In this document: one piece after another, positions 13,113 through 31,355 of the stretch
How the letters are laid out: each line of letters starts with the position of its first letter
Position numbering within the stretch: the stretch's first letter is position 1
From: the human T2T-CHM13v2.0 reference genome, Homo sapiens
DNA: 64,000 bases
Reading direction: 5' to 3' (one strand)
Assembly: GCF_009914755.1 (NCBI RefSeq)
Contig: NC_060939.1
Notes under the pieces: model-generated
Databases searched by the model: none
What the model was told of the DNA's origin: nothing
What the model saw: the letters and a program-made list of their open reading frames with translations, nothing else
Translations under genes and position numbers: made by a program

Positions 13113-13309
13113 AATGTGTATTGACACAGTTTGTTGAACGTGTTAGTAAACAAAAGATTTTGCAAGGTGCACAAATGGGTTTATCTGTCTCACATTAGAC
13201 TGTGAAAATGTGTTCTGTCTGCTGGCTGTTCAGTTTGCAAAGCTTGCACGACTGGGCTGTTGGCAAGGGTTTCCAGACCATGATGAGTAGCTAGGAGACA
13301 AATCATAAA

Positions 13310-13420
13310 AGGTCAGAATTGGCAGGGGCCTTAGAAGGTCTTCATGCTTGAAGCCCCTGTTTTGCAATATGGCAATTGAGCCCCAGAGAGGGAGGTTGCT
13401 TGCCCAGTGACACTTATTAA
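13310..13420 (-). mobile_element. MIR3-like fragment
   Basis: cagaattggcaggggccttagaaggtc...ttttgcaatatggcaattgagccccagagaggga...ttgcccag. Confidence 0.6.
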
Positions 13421-13988
13421 TAGAATCAATCAGCATACAAATTCTATAAATAGTAACTGATAACAGTGTTTGCTGTAATAAGTTGACAATATGGGGGAAT
13501 CAGCAAAAACATAATTTTAAGTGCTAATTCTCAGATACCACAAAATATGTTTTGGTTGGTTTTTCAATCTATTTTGTTCTTTTACCAGTACTTCTCAACT
13601 CGAAATCTTCTGAATTATCGATCTAACTTGGAATATCTTTTCAGGTTCTTTGTGGAAAAAACAGCATTTATATAACAATTACTTCTATTCTCACCAGTAG
13701 GAAATTTATTAGAAGGTTTTTTTTTTCTTTTTGCCTTAAATATGGATGTAAATCAGGAAATGAAATACTAGAAGCCCTAAGCTGGTTCCCTCTGAAATGT
13801 TACTACTTCCCAGAACAGCCTTTAAGTATTTTGTTTCTTAGTGCCAAGAATAGGACTTTTACCTCGTATTCTTTCTTAGTAGATGATAGACTAAAATATA
13901 GAAGCTGGATAGACATAATCCTATATGCATAAGAGACATATATATCTGCATGTGTACATCTATGTACGTACACATATCTAACGTACAT

Positions 13989-14847
13989 ATCAGGTCCTCA
14001 AAAAAGGTTGTTTCATCTAGCATTGTTTCATTGTAAGGATCATTGATGAGAAACAAAATAATCAATTCCTGGCTGAGGCCACTGTGTTTGGGGAGTTTGC
14101 ACATTCTGCCCATGCCTTTGTGGGTTTCCTCCAGGTACTCTGGCTTCCTCCCACATCCCAAAGATGTGCCTGTTAGGTGAACTGGTGCATGTAAATGGTC
14201 TTGGCCTGAGGGAGTGTGGGTATTTGTGTGAGTGCACCCTGTGATGGAATGGCGTCCTGTCCAGGGTTGGTTTCTGCTTTGCCCCATAAACTGCTAGGAG
14301 AGGCTCCAGCCACCCATCACCTTGAACTGGAATAATTGGATTAGAAAAATAAATGAATGAATGAATACAAATTATTGTAAAATAAAAATTTTTTAAGTAT
14401 ACAATCATACAAATGCATGATAATAAACAATGCAGTACAGAAGAGCTTAGTAAGCCCGCCATATTTGTTAATGTTGTTCTTGAACTGTTTGGTGGTAGTG
14501 TGTGCTGTTTACAATTTTCACTTCACAAACATTTGTTCCTCAATCTAAGCCACAACCACTATGACCACTGTCACTCACTGATTCACCAAAAGTTAGGTAT
14601 ATAATCTTACTTGTTTTTATTAAACTTTAAAAACTTTATGTATAGTTCATATTTATTTCAATGTTTAATATTAGAAGCATTTTGGATCTTTATTTAAAAT
14701 TTGGTGATTTTTTTGTGACCAGAAATATGCCATAGGAACTTTACTCCTGCTTCTATTAACCTATGGGAAAATCAGTTTTATTATTATAACCATTTTGCTT
14801 ACAGTCACAGTTTCCAAGAACCTATCCATAACATTAAGTGAGAACTT

Positions 14848-14852
<5 letters not shown>
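13989..14852 (+). mobile_element. MER6, full-length non-autonomous TcMar-Tigger DNA transposon
   Basis: Collinear with the recalled MER6 consensus over ~865 bp: caggtcctc...ggagtttgcacattct...ttcctcccacatcccaaagatgtg...cagtttccaagaacctat...ttaagtgagaacttaactg. Confidence 0.9.

Positions 14853-14886
<34 letters not shown>
14851..14886. repeat. (TG)18 microsatellite abutting the MER6 terminus
   Basis: Directly visible. Confidence 0.97.
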
Positions 14887-14887
<1 letters not shown>

Positions 14888-15766
14888 TTTTTCTCGATAA
14901 GTGACGGTATCTGACATATCATATCCAGATTTAGAGAGGTAGATCACAGAAATCTGAGCTGGGTATAAAAGTTACAGGTTTTCTAGTCTGTCTCATGAAA
15001 ATTGAAAGCAATGTTCAGGGCTGAATCCTGATTCTGGGGAAGCAAAAAGAAAGCCAAATAGACAATCAAAGTGAAGCAGAGTAGGGGCAGAACAGATAGG
15101 TAGAACCATTATTGTGTGGAAAAGGCCAGAAACAGCAACCAAGAATCTGCAATTTCCACCTGCCAAAAAGTTGGGGTAAGAAGTCAATGAGCTAAATCTT
15201 ATTCATGGTGGTTCCCCAAAATGAATTTTAACCTTGTATATGGATAGAGAGAAAGATGTTAAGGACTGAGAAGATTATGTCAAAATATGCTTAATGTGGA
15301 CAATGTAAATGAGCGAGAGCTTTTAACCCTTCTAGCCCAGAGGAGATTTCTCCAGGAAGGAAGGTTTCAGAAGCATAAGAATTTGAGGTATTTTACTTAA
15401 TTTTTTTCATTTTTTTCTGTATTTCTTCAGTTTAAAAGTACTAAAATTTGCATTTTAATATCTAATTTTTTAATGCAAAGAAAGATTTACTATAATACAT
15501 AATTTATGAAATTCCAGGAGATCATGCTAAAACAGTGCTTTATGATTCAGGAAATGTTGAGTGAATTGGCACCCCAAGTACCATAGCCAGAATAGATAGA
15601 ACTCAATATTCAAAAAGACCAGATCCTGAAATAAAATGCTTCTTTGGCTAAATATTAATAAAAAATAAAACAGAGTACTTTAAATAGGAAAAGATTACTA
15701 AAGTTTTGAAGAAAGCAAAGTTCTCTGGTGTATTAACATAAAGAAATCAGAATTTTCTTAGAGTGA

Positions 15767-16028
<262 letters not shown>

Positions 16029-16047
16029 AAAAGAAATTCTAAGCCAA

Positions 16048-16422
16048 TTATATAGTTTAGATATTTGTCTACTTCAAATCTTATGTTGAAATTTGATCCC
16101 CAAATATTGAAGGTGGAACTTGGTGGGAGGTGTTTGGATCACGGAGGTGAATCCCTCATAAATGGCTTGCTGTAGTCCTCGAGGTAATGAGTCCCAGAGA
16201 TAACTGACTGTTAAAAAGAGCCAGGAAATTCCCTCCACTCTCTGGTGCTTCCTTCCTCTTTGCCTTCTGCCATGATAGAAGCTCACTGAAGCCCTCACCA
16301 GAAGCAGATGCTGGCCCCTTGCTTCTTCTACAGCCTGCAGAACCATGAGCCAAATAAACCTCATTTATTAAATAAATTACCCAGTCTCTATTTCTTTGCA
16401 CCAACACAAATGAACTAAGACA
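16048..16422 (+). mobile_element. MaLR solo LTR (MSTB-like)
   Basis: ttatatagtttagatatttgtc...ccctcaccagaagcagatgctgg...cagcctgcagaaccatgagccaaataaacc...actaagaca. 5-bp TSD gccaa/gccag. Confidence 0.9.
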
Positions 16423-17238
16423 GCCAGTAATCAAATCTATTTAAGATATATGAAGGGGAGATGATAATTCTAATGTAGAAGGTGCTTTAGGGATGGAGAG
16501 AAGATTTTCAGGAAAATTCAGCGGTTTCATTATTACCAACTTCCCTGAAGTTGTTAGATGCCTACATCTAGTTTATTCTTTTAAGTAAATAGGTCAGAGG
16601 ATTAAGGATACTATCTGTTTTCTCACAGGGCTTTTCCAGATCTCCTGACATTCTACACATGAAAAAAGATCCAAAAATAAATAAATCTATATACATAAAT
16701 AGCCATATTACTCAGGTGCATCCCCTGGAGTCAGTAAAGTGATGTTACTGAAATGATGGATAAAATGTGTAACTTATGAATTCAGATGCCACCATCCCCA
16801 ATATCACTAGTGCTATCTACATAATGAAAGTAATGTAAATCTAAATCTAAATCATTCTAAATCTTAAGATTGACTTAAGAATAACCTATAGATATAAAAC
16901 ACACCCAGGAAATTATTATATGCTTATGAGTGAAACAGGGATGTAAACTCAGGACCTAGTGATTTGTCTGTTGGAGGTTTTAAGAATTCTGTTCTTCACC
17001 AGAAATTCTTACTATGTAGTGACGTCAATGGATTCAGGAGGCAATGAACACAAAGCACAACTACTTTGTGGTTGTTTTCAGAATCTCTCTCAGTAACTGT
17101 TTTTGTTGCCTTAATGAAGGCATTTGATCTTGGCACCCCTTTTTCAAGAGTTCAGTGATATGATGAATGGATGATTTTTTCCACAGCTGGCTGATTAGGC
17201 TTAAAGCCCTAATATTGGGGAAAAAAGTCTATTGAGAG

Positions 17239-17241
<3 letters not shown>

Positions 17242-17282
<41 letters not shown>

Positions 17283-17291
17283 CACACACAC
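17242..17291. repeat. (GT)19 followed by a short (CA)n
   Basis: Directly visible. Confidence 0.97.
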
Positions 17292-17315
17292 TTTTTTTCT
17301 TAGAATTATCCAAGA

Positions 17316-17363
17316 CATACTACACTATACTATACTACACTACACTACACTATACTACACTAC
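17316..17363. repeat. (TACAC/TATAC)n pentanucleotide repeat
   Basis: About 9 copies, directly visible. Confidence 0.92.
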
Positions 17364-17454
17364 CCTATAGCCTGAAGTGTGTTGCTTTGTGCAATTTGAC
17401 CTATGATTACATTATGATGTAACTTGTTTGCAAGAATTTATAGAAAAACTTGTA

Positions 17455-17946
17455 CAGTAGTCCTCCCTCATCTGTAGAGGATATGTTCTAAGACCTCCAG
17501 TGGATGCATGAAACCACCAATAGCACCAGATCCTATATATACTGTTTTCCTATACATACATGTCTATGATAAAGCTTAATTTATAAATTAGGCATAAGAG
17601 ATTAACAATAAATAAAAATAAAATATAAAAATTATAACAATATGCCAGCATCACTACTCTTGCTCTTTGAGACCATTACTAAGTAAAAAAAGGGTTACTT
17701 GAACACAAGTACTGTGATATCACAACAGTCAATCTAATAACTGAGATGACTGCTAAGTGACTAAAGGGCAGGTATCATATAGAGTGTAGATATACTGGAC
17801 AAAGGAATGATGCATGTCACAGCATATAACTCAACACTTATGAATTGCTTATTTCTGGAATTCCCCATTTTAATATTTTCAGACTTCAGTTGACCACAGG
17901 CAACTGAAACCTCAGAAGGTGAAACTGTGGATAAGGAGGAGCACTT
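17455..17946 (-). mobile_element. MER44 (B-like), Tigger7-derived DNA transposon
   Basis: TA followed by TIR cagtagtcctccctcatc; internal tgccagcatcactactcttgc and gggttacttgaacacaag; right TIR gaaactgtggataaggagg. Confidence 0.85.
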
Positions 17947-18857
17947 TATTTGGATGCCTCCTAATTTTTTATGTTTGTCTGTTTTGAGATTGGACAAAAT
18001 GAAGTAAGTTGAGTTGTCAACTTAACTCAGGACCATGTTCTTTCCTACAAAAAGCCAGTCAACTAGATTTTGAAAAGATGTTCTCTGCTGTTCATAGTGG
18101 GGAGAGTGGTGGCTGTAGGGTATGGAACCTCTATGATATATTTTATATTATGATATCAAAGTGTTTGGGATGGTTTATCATCATCTTAACTTTGACTTTG
18201 TCAGATCGAACCACAACTTTAACATTATTAACATGTGGCTTTTGTATTTCATTAAGAGCTAAACAATTAAGTTTGCATTTTTGATGCACCATAATTGTAA
18301 TAGTGTGACATTGTTCTGATGATAATGTTCATTGATCATTCATAATGCAGCTACTCACACCATGAATCAAATATAAATCAACACCTTTTTAAAATTTTAC
18401 ATACAGAAACACACTTTATTTTCAGATTGATAACTTGCATTCACGTTTAATTTTCAACTGTCAGAATTTTTGGTGTAATTTTCATCTATTTTCTTATCAT
18501 AGATCTTTAAACTCTTATTAAAAATGTTTTAGAAATAAACCAAATACTAAGGCAAAGATTGAATAGGGAAAGCTTTTAGCATTACTAATTTGAAGTTTAT
18601 TTAATGGCTGAGTTAAACAATTGACATTCAGATATAGGACAGACTGCAGATCAGTGTACTCCTTAATTTTATGCAGGAAATGGGGGTGCATGGCTAACTC
18701 TCCCAGCAACATTAGAGTAAATAAATACTTGGTTATTTGATCTCAATATCTGTGAGGTTCTTTCTGCTCCAACCCACTTTGAATCAATGGAGACACTGTC
18801 CTAAGGATCTATTCCAATGCCTTTCCAAGTTTTTTACATTGCTAAAAGTATCACAAC

Positions 18858-19481
18858 TGCAGTGATTTTATATGGTGTCAACTTATCTCAATTAGAATTA
18901 TGATTTTATATGGTGTAAACTTACCCAGAATTGCTTTCCTTATATGGTTCTGGGACAAACTGGGCAATGGATAAGTTTGTGCAAGATTTGGAAGGGAGAA
19001 GATAAGTAGTAGTCATTAAAGGCTGAAGCATGACACATGCCACTGAAACTTGCACACAATATCACTGATCTGCTACATCACCTGACTGGGGAGGAAGAGC
19101 AGTCTGGCTTGGAGTTCTTCCGGGTTCTTCTTGCACTCCTTCATCTTCTCTGAGCCCTAAGCCAGGCATGTGTGCAGCTTAGGGATGAAGGACACCAGCT
19201 TCTTCTCCAAAATATTACATCATTGAGATTGGATGCGGATGTGGGTTATGTCCTCCCAAGTTCCAGTTTGTTCTCACTCTCCTTTGCTTCATGTCCCAGT
19301 TTTCTTCCCAGTGCTCACTCTGCTGACTTACAAAACTTCATGACCACCACCACATACAAGAGCTTATCACAGACTTTTTTATCACCTTCCACAATGTGTA
19401 CTTTTTAGTCCCTATAATAAATTCCTTTTTCCACATAACTCCAGGTGGTTCTGCTTCCCTGATCAAACCTTCACCAATACA
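18858..19481 (+). mobile_element. ERVL solo LTR (MLT2-like)
   Basis: Begins tgcagtgattttatatggtgtcaactt; AATAAA near 19415; ends ggttctgcttccctgatcaaaccttcaccaataca, similar to MLT2 3' ends. Confidence 0.6.
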
Positions 19482-21137
19482 AAAATAGAGACTGAATTCT
19501 AAGCCAGTGATTCTCTTTCAGCTGATAATTGGGGGAGGAGCATGAAGTATGCATTCTTCTCTCCATGACTTTGCAGCATATGCTGACATGTTTCTATGTA
19601 AAAAAAGGAAAAACTTTAATCTTCATGTATGTATGTATGTATCCTTTTTAAAATGCAGAAAGCAGCCTCACATCATCCAAGGAATTTTCTAAAAATGAAG
19701 TCATGGAACCTTGTCTCACTATGGTCAGAATCTCTGCTGCCCTCAGATTATTGCCTTCGCTATTCTAAATCTCAAGTGTGCATACATTTCTGTATAATGA
19801 TGAACATTTTTCCTTCACTAAATGGTCTTCTCTCATTGTCACCAAATAAGGACCTTGGTAATTGCTGAAATTGAGCAATTACTAAAGAATTGTATCTCTT
19901 CTCTAAGAGTTCTCCTTCTTCTCTTGGCCTCTTGTTCTTTCTGGCTCTTCCCCTCCCTAGGAACTGTCCTGAGAAAATACAGTTGATCTCCTCTAGACGC
20001 TTGGCTTCCTCAGCTCTTCTGTTCACTCATTAAATTTGGCTCTCTTATGCCAGTTTTGCTTTGATTGTATGTTTAAAGTTACTTAAAGATAGAAAGGGGC
20101 TGTGAGGGTGGAGAGAGGGCCTGTAGCTTTACAGAAATATATCTTATCCTTATGGATTTATTGATCTAGACAATAGATAAGGCAGATGGTACTGCATGCT
20201 CAATATTTTATGTTTGGAAGAGAAGGTAGCGATCAGCATTCACTGGGAGAGGCTGGAAACTAGTTTCATCCAATGGGATAGGATCAATGCCAAAGGAACA
20301 CTCACATACAAGTTACAAAAGGAAATTAATGCAGATGGCTGGAAATTGGTATCTTCCGAGTTCAGAGCCAGTTGAGCCCAGTAGTCTTGGCATTTCTCCA
20401 AAGAGTGTTAAGATTTCCCCAGACATAGATAGTCATGGGAATCTTAAATAGAAGAAAATTGTAGAGATTCTGATGACTGATGATGTTGTTTACTGTTTAC
20501 TCATAATGCAACCAGGTCACCCATGGGTGGCTAGCCACATAGGAACCTTTCGAGAAAATGAATGTAGTTAATCAGACTACACGTAAGAGGCAAGATTCCA
20601 GTTTCTGAAGAGAAAAAGTGACGAGAAGATTCTTCAGCAAGAACAATTTGGCAAGACAGTTCTTTATCAAGATCAATTCAAGACCCAGTCATAGAGTTAT
20701 TCCATGATTTATGCATTCACTCAATGTTTATTGAGTGTATAGTATATTCTGCAACCTGGCCTTGGCATTAGGGGTGCAATAATTTTCAAAAATGCATTTC
20801 CAGGAACTAGTGGTTATGTATTAGTTATAGTCCTTGAAAAATAACTATGTGAGTAAATATTTTGCCTATTATTTATTTCCTACAAAACTGCTAAGAGCTT
20901 TTATAAGCACATTTATGTTGCTAATGTGTTTTTGCAAAGGGTTATATATAGTAGGTTGCATTTTTCATACACAACTTGTTTAATGTACATCCTTTAGGAA
21001 ATGCTGGCATGATAAAGACATGCCATGCTGGCTTTCAAAGACCTTATCTTCTATTGAAAGCCAATAGTGGAAAAAGTGATCGATATAGATAAATAGAACA
21101 CTACAGTAATAGAAGTAGAAGGTGAAGAAAAGAAGCT

Positions 21138-21634
21138 GTGCCAACAGTTCTTCATTTGCTCCTTTAGATTCATCATTCAGCCTTCTCCTTCTGCTCTCTG
21201 TTCCAGTGATGTGGTGGGTATTGGCAGCATTATTTGGGTTTCCTTGTCTTCTAACTTCCAGTTGGGATCAACCAATGAAAGAATCCAGTAGTACATCAGA
21301 GGGTATGAAGATAGAGAGACTGGGCTATTATTTCTGCCTTCATCTACCCTTCCTGTACCCCTGGCAGGGGAGATTTCAGCAGTAACTGCTTTCTTCTACT
21401 GAAGGCCACGGATCCTGTCAAGAAGCCCCTCACACATACGTATAGCTCTCACTCTCTTTGGGGACAGGATCCTTCTATCCCTTTAGGTCTAGCATTGATA
21501 ACACTTGCAGTTAGTTCCTGTGTGTGTCACCATCTGCTTTTCATTCCTTAACTTCTGTATAAAGCACCTTAATTAAATTATATCTAATTAGCTTTTGTGT
21601 GCATAATCTATATTGTGCCAGAACTCTGAGTGAC
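21138..21634 (+). mobile_element. LTR33-like ERVL solo LTR
   Basis: tccttgtcttctaacttccagttgggatcaaccaatg...atcagaggg...ctactgaaggccac...gccagaactctgagtgaca. Confidence 0.65.
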
Positions 21635-21639
21635 AAAGG

Positions 21640-21840
21640 AACATTTATTGTCTATTATGTCCCAAACAATTTAACATACATTATTTTATTTTCTTATCAC
21701 AAACACCCTACAGCGTATGAATAATTAGCCTCATTTTATAGAATCTAGAAAGGGGAGAAATGAAGAACCAGAAAGGTTAAGTAACTTGTTCTAAGTCACA
21801 CCTCTAAAATTAGTAGATTTGAGACTTGAGCCCAGCTATT
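21640..21840 (-). mobile_element. MIR
   Basis: aacatttattg...cctcattttataga...agaaaggttaagtaacttgttctaagtcacac...ttgagcccag. Confidence 0.8.
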
Positions 21841-23639
21841 CAATAGTCATATACTTATCATATACTATTGTTAAGCAAAAAGGACCAATTACTCAAAATA
21901 GATCAGAAGGTTAGAACCATACTGGCAATAAGTTTTGCTTGATAATAAGCCAACTAAATAATGAAATGATTTGGTGCCAGAAGGCAGAAGTAGATCAACT
22001 AGATTGAGCGTGGAGAGAAGAGGCAAGGGACACGACAGCCGTTTTTAGAACTGCACATGTTTTTTCCTCAATTCTATCAAAAAGATTCAAAAGACACAAT
22101 TACACTCAATACACACAGCATTATAAAATCATACATCCCGCCACAATGAAGAAGGTCTGAATTCTTCTGGAGCTGTGTGCATTTGGTAGTTTCTTAACTG
22201 ATCACTATTCCTGTAGTGATCTAAATTAATCTAAATTAGGAAAACAAGAACAACAGCAATGCCTTATCTATGGTTCTCTGTGCATCTGGGTGTGGAGGCA
22301 TGAAAAAGGTATTGCTGTTTTCCCTAACAGTAGGGAAATTTGGGTACTAATATATGGCATTGCTGTCCATATTTACATTAGAATATCAAGTCCCATACAA
22401 ATGTAATAAATCCGGATGGGAATAAAAAACATTTCCTTTTATTTTTTCATATATTTCTTAGATATAACTTTCCTTAATGCTCTGACCCTCTCTGAAAAGC
22501 TAGAGAATCTGAGAAAATGAAATAAGACAGGTGCACATCTAGACACTGGCAAAACAAATGTACAAGTTGTCAGACCAATGTAATTCAGCAACAAAACAAA
22601 AACAGCAACCAACATCTGCAAGAATTTCCAAAGCCAGCAATGTATTATTATTTATATAGACAAATATAGTGTATGGGTTTCCAAACAGGAATGACCAGTC
22701 TCAGAAGGGTTAAAACAAGGCAGACAAAGGAAAGATACAAAGCCTTATGACAATAGCTTTATATAACAAATATAGCCAAAATTATTATGCACTTTCTAAA
22801 ATCTCAGGATGATGATGATGATGATTTCATTAATCTAAAAACTCTTCTGCTAATTATCAAATTGTATGTTTGTTTCATTTAAGTAGGCTATTTTTCCCTT
22901 TATTTTACTGGAAATGTTTTTACCAGCTGGAATGGATCTCATAGTGGTGATAAGGTGGAATTTCTTTGACATAAAAGGGAATTTTTGCCTGCAAGGCAAA
23001 TATCGCAAGGATCAACGATTTTTGATTAAAATACATATACCAAGGAGGGTAGCTATGATGTTTTTGTGTGATATTTGGATTTTGTAATGAAACACAGCAG
23101 GGAGAATGTGGACGTTAAGGTAAAGAAATACAATATGCCTGAAATCTGTGTAAGATCTTTCTAACTCCTGGTATTATGATTAATTTTCTCTGGGAGGCAG
23201 CCAACAGTGACATTATGCTGCTGTTGAGAGATCTTCTTTTAAGGGAGAATGTCTGGTGATGCCAGTCTGAATAGCTGCACAAATGATGATGTCTATGTCT
23301 TTACTAAACTGGGATTGTTTGATGAATCTAAAGAAATTTTAGAGCTATGTGGAGCCCAGGGTAGAAATTTGGTTATTTTTCCAAGTATTGAGCAAATGTA
23401 CCTTTAGAGGCCAAACAATATGAGGTACAACAATATGCGGTAAGGTCTCATGAAAAGAACGTGGGGTCTAGTGTCAGAAAATCTGATTTGAAGAAAAGCC
23501 CTGTTGTGTTCTGAGAGTGGATTGAGGGTAAGTCACTCTCTTTGGATGACAGTGTCCTTACCTGTGTGATGTCATTAATGACATCTATACATAGATAATC
23601 ATGACAATCAACTAAAGTAATATACGTGAAAATCACTAT

Positions 23640-25350
<1,711 letters not shown>

Positions 25351-26122
25351 CATATGATGTTCCCTCTAGTACTCATTTGATAAGAATTTTTTTCATGAAT
25401 GGATGTAGAATTTTACAGTTGTTTCTGTATACAATTTTTTTCTGTACATTTTTTTCTATATCTATTTAGGCAATTGTATGACTTTGTTTTTCTTTTGAAA
25501 TCTGCCAATACAGTGCTTTGCATGGCTTGATTTTTCAAATGTAAAAACAATGTTGCAATCATAGGATACATCATACTTGATCATATTTTTAGTCATAACT
25601 AGATTTTCTTTTATTTTGGTAAGGATTGTTTTATGCCTATTTATTAATGATACAGTGAATTTTATTACTTACAAATCTGTCTGGTTTCAGTGTCAGGGTA
25701 ATGCAGGCTTTGTATACTATGTCAAAAAGATTCCCTGCTGTTTTCTCTTCTAGAAGAGCTCATTTAGAAATGGTATTATTTGTTCCTTAAGTGTTTTAAT
25801 AAAGTTTACCAGTGAAATGCTCTTTGTGGAGACAATTTTAATCACACATTGTCTTTGATACAGGGCTACACAGGATATCTATTTTTCCTGAATGAACACT
25901 GGTGATTTTGTATCTTTCAATGAATTTCTCTAACTAATCTAAGCTGTTAAATTTATAGGCATAAATTTTTAAATATTCCATTAATATCCTTTTAATTTGT
26001 AGGATCTTTAATGAGTCCTTTCACTCATAATATCGGTAATTCATATCTTATTTTTTTCCAATCACTCTGTCTCTCTGGCTGGAATTTTTCTTTCTTTCAC
26101 TGACAGTCTCAGTCTCTCTTTC

Positions 26123-26123
26123 T

Positions 26124-26161
<38 letters not shown>
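26123..26161. repeat. (TG)n(CG)4(TG)n microsatellite
   Basis: Directly visible alternating purine/pyrimidine tract. Confidence 0.95.
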
Positions 26162-26318
26162 CTGTTCACTGATTTCTGCTTTTATTTTCTTCCCATTGCT
26201 TATTGAGTCTAATTTACTCTATTTTATTATAATAGAAACTTAGATTACTGATGTCAAATAGTCTTATTTTTTAATATAAGCATTTAATACTATAAATTTT
26301 TATCTGAATGCATTTTAG

Positions 26319-26664
<346 letters not shown>

Positions 26665-28491
26665 GCATTCCAAATATTTTCTAACTTCCCTTCTAATTTC
26701 TTTTTTAATTCAACACAACTGTCTTAGAATTTACGCAATTCTAAGAAAAGTACAAATGGCTTAGAATTGTCATTTGTGCTTGTGTTAATTATCAACTATT
26801 TAGACATTTTCCAAATCTCTTTTTTGTAATCAATTTCTAGTTTAATTCTGTTATGTCAAAGAGCCTAACAGGGATATATGACTTCAATTATTTTAAAATT
26901 ATTAAGACTTGTTTTCTGATGCAGAATATGAGTCACTCTTGAGGCATATTCCTTATGCACTTATAAAAAACATGAATTTTGCTATTGTGTAGGATTTTCT
27001 ATGAATACCAATTATGTCAGTTTGGTTGATAGGGTGGTTTGAGTCCTCTGTGTCTCTGCTGATTTTCTGGAGTTTTTATTCTTTAACTGATTGAAAGAGA
27101 TGCTGAAATTTTCAGCTATAATTGTGAATTTGCCTGTTCTTCCTTTCAGTTCTACTGATTTTTGTTTTGTGCATTTTAAATATATGTTATTAGAGGCAGA
27201 TATATTTAGGACTTCTATGTGTGTCTTCTCAATGAATTAACACTTTTATCATTTTGTGATGCCCTCTGTATCCCTGGTAATATTTCTTTCTTTGAAGTTT
27301 ACTTTCTCTGATTTTAATAGAGTCAAAGTGTCTTTAATCAGTGGTTTTACATTACTTCATTTTTCAGACCTTACTTTCTCTCTATTTAAAATACATTTAT
27401 TGTAGATAGCATGTAGTTTTGTCCTACTTTTATTTGTATCCAGTCTGCCATTCTTTGTATTTCAAATAAAGGTTAGTCATTTACATTGAATTCATTACTG
27501 ATAAGTTTACCATATTCCTGTTGTTGTTTTTTATTTGTCCCATCTGTTCTTTGTTCATTTTATCCCACTTTTTTCCTGCCTGATTTTGGATAGAATATTA
27601 TCAATTTTTCCATTTTATCTCCACTAGGCTTAGTAATTATAGTCTTTCTTTTTATTTGCTGCTTTAGAGGTTATAGTCACATTTTTAACTTATCCCAGCC
27701 TATCTTCAATAATATTATGCCATGTGAAATATAAAGCATGTAGAATAGCTTGTCTTCATTTGTTTGTTACTGTTAACATAAATTTTACAACTAAATATGA
27801 TTACCAAAATACATCATTAGTATAGTCACTTATTTTTTACAGTTATTAAATATAAAGAAACTATCTTTTAGGTTTATTTTCTTACTTTCACTATTTGCGG
27901 CATTCTTCATTTCTTGGTATAGATCCTAATTTATTTTCATTTGGTATCATACAACTTGTCTCTGAAAAGCTTTCTTCAGCATTTCTTGTCTGCTGTGGTG
28001 AAATGTCTCATCTTCTGTTTCAATAAAAAAAGTCTTTATTTTGTCTTTATGCTGCCCAAATGTTTAATTCTGGGTTAACAGTGTTTGTTTGCTTTTAAAT
28101 TCTGCAATATTTAAGATATAACTCCATGTTTTTCAAAAATTCTGAAAGGTGTGCTATAATTTTTACTTTTACCCTTCTGTATGTGTGTTTCTTTTTACCT
28201 GGTTGCCCTAAATATTTTTTTCTATTTCTGCTTTTCAGCTGTTTGATTATGATATGCATGAGTGTGTATGTGTGTTTCAGGTTTTTTATCCTTGGGATTC
28301 CCTGGATTTCTTGGACATGTAGAGTTTTTTCTTTTTTAATTGGTCATTATATTTTAAAATATTTTTCTGCCCTATTCTCTATTCTTGTTCTGCAACTTTA
28401 GTTACACATAGATTAAACTATTTGATATTGTACAACAGCTACTGAATACTCTTTTCCACTATTTCCCTTTGTGTTTCCATTTAGATGATTT

Positions 28492-31205
<2,714 letters not shown>

Positions 31206-31355
31206 ATGGGGAAAAAACAGAGCAGAAAAACTGGGAACTCTAAAAGCCAGAGCGCCTCTCCTCCTCCAAAGGAACGCAGTTCCTCACCAGCAACAGAACA
31301 AAGCTGGACGGAGAATGACTTTGACGAGTTGAGAGAAATAGATGATTTGTATTGA
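31206..31355 (+). pseudogene. Truncated L1 ORF1p N-terminus: 44 aa plus IDDLY from the flank, 49 aa in total
   Basis: Manual translation gives MGKKQSRKTGNSKSQSASPPPKERSSSPATEQSWTENDFDELREIDDLY*. Confidence 0.85.

Noticed and set aside
13859-14462. 140- and 142-aa ORFs
   Set aside because: Antisense frames of non-autonomous MER6 with no transposase motifs.
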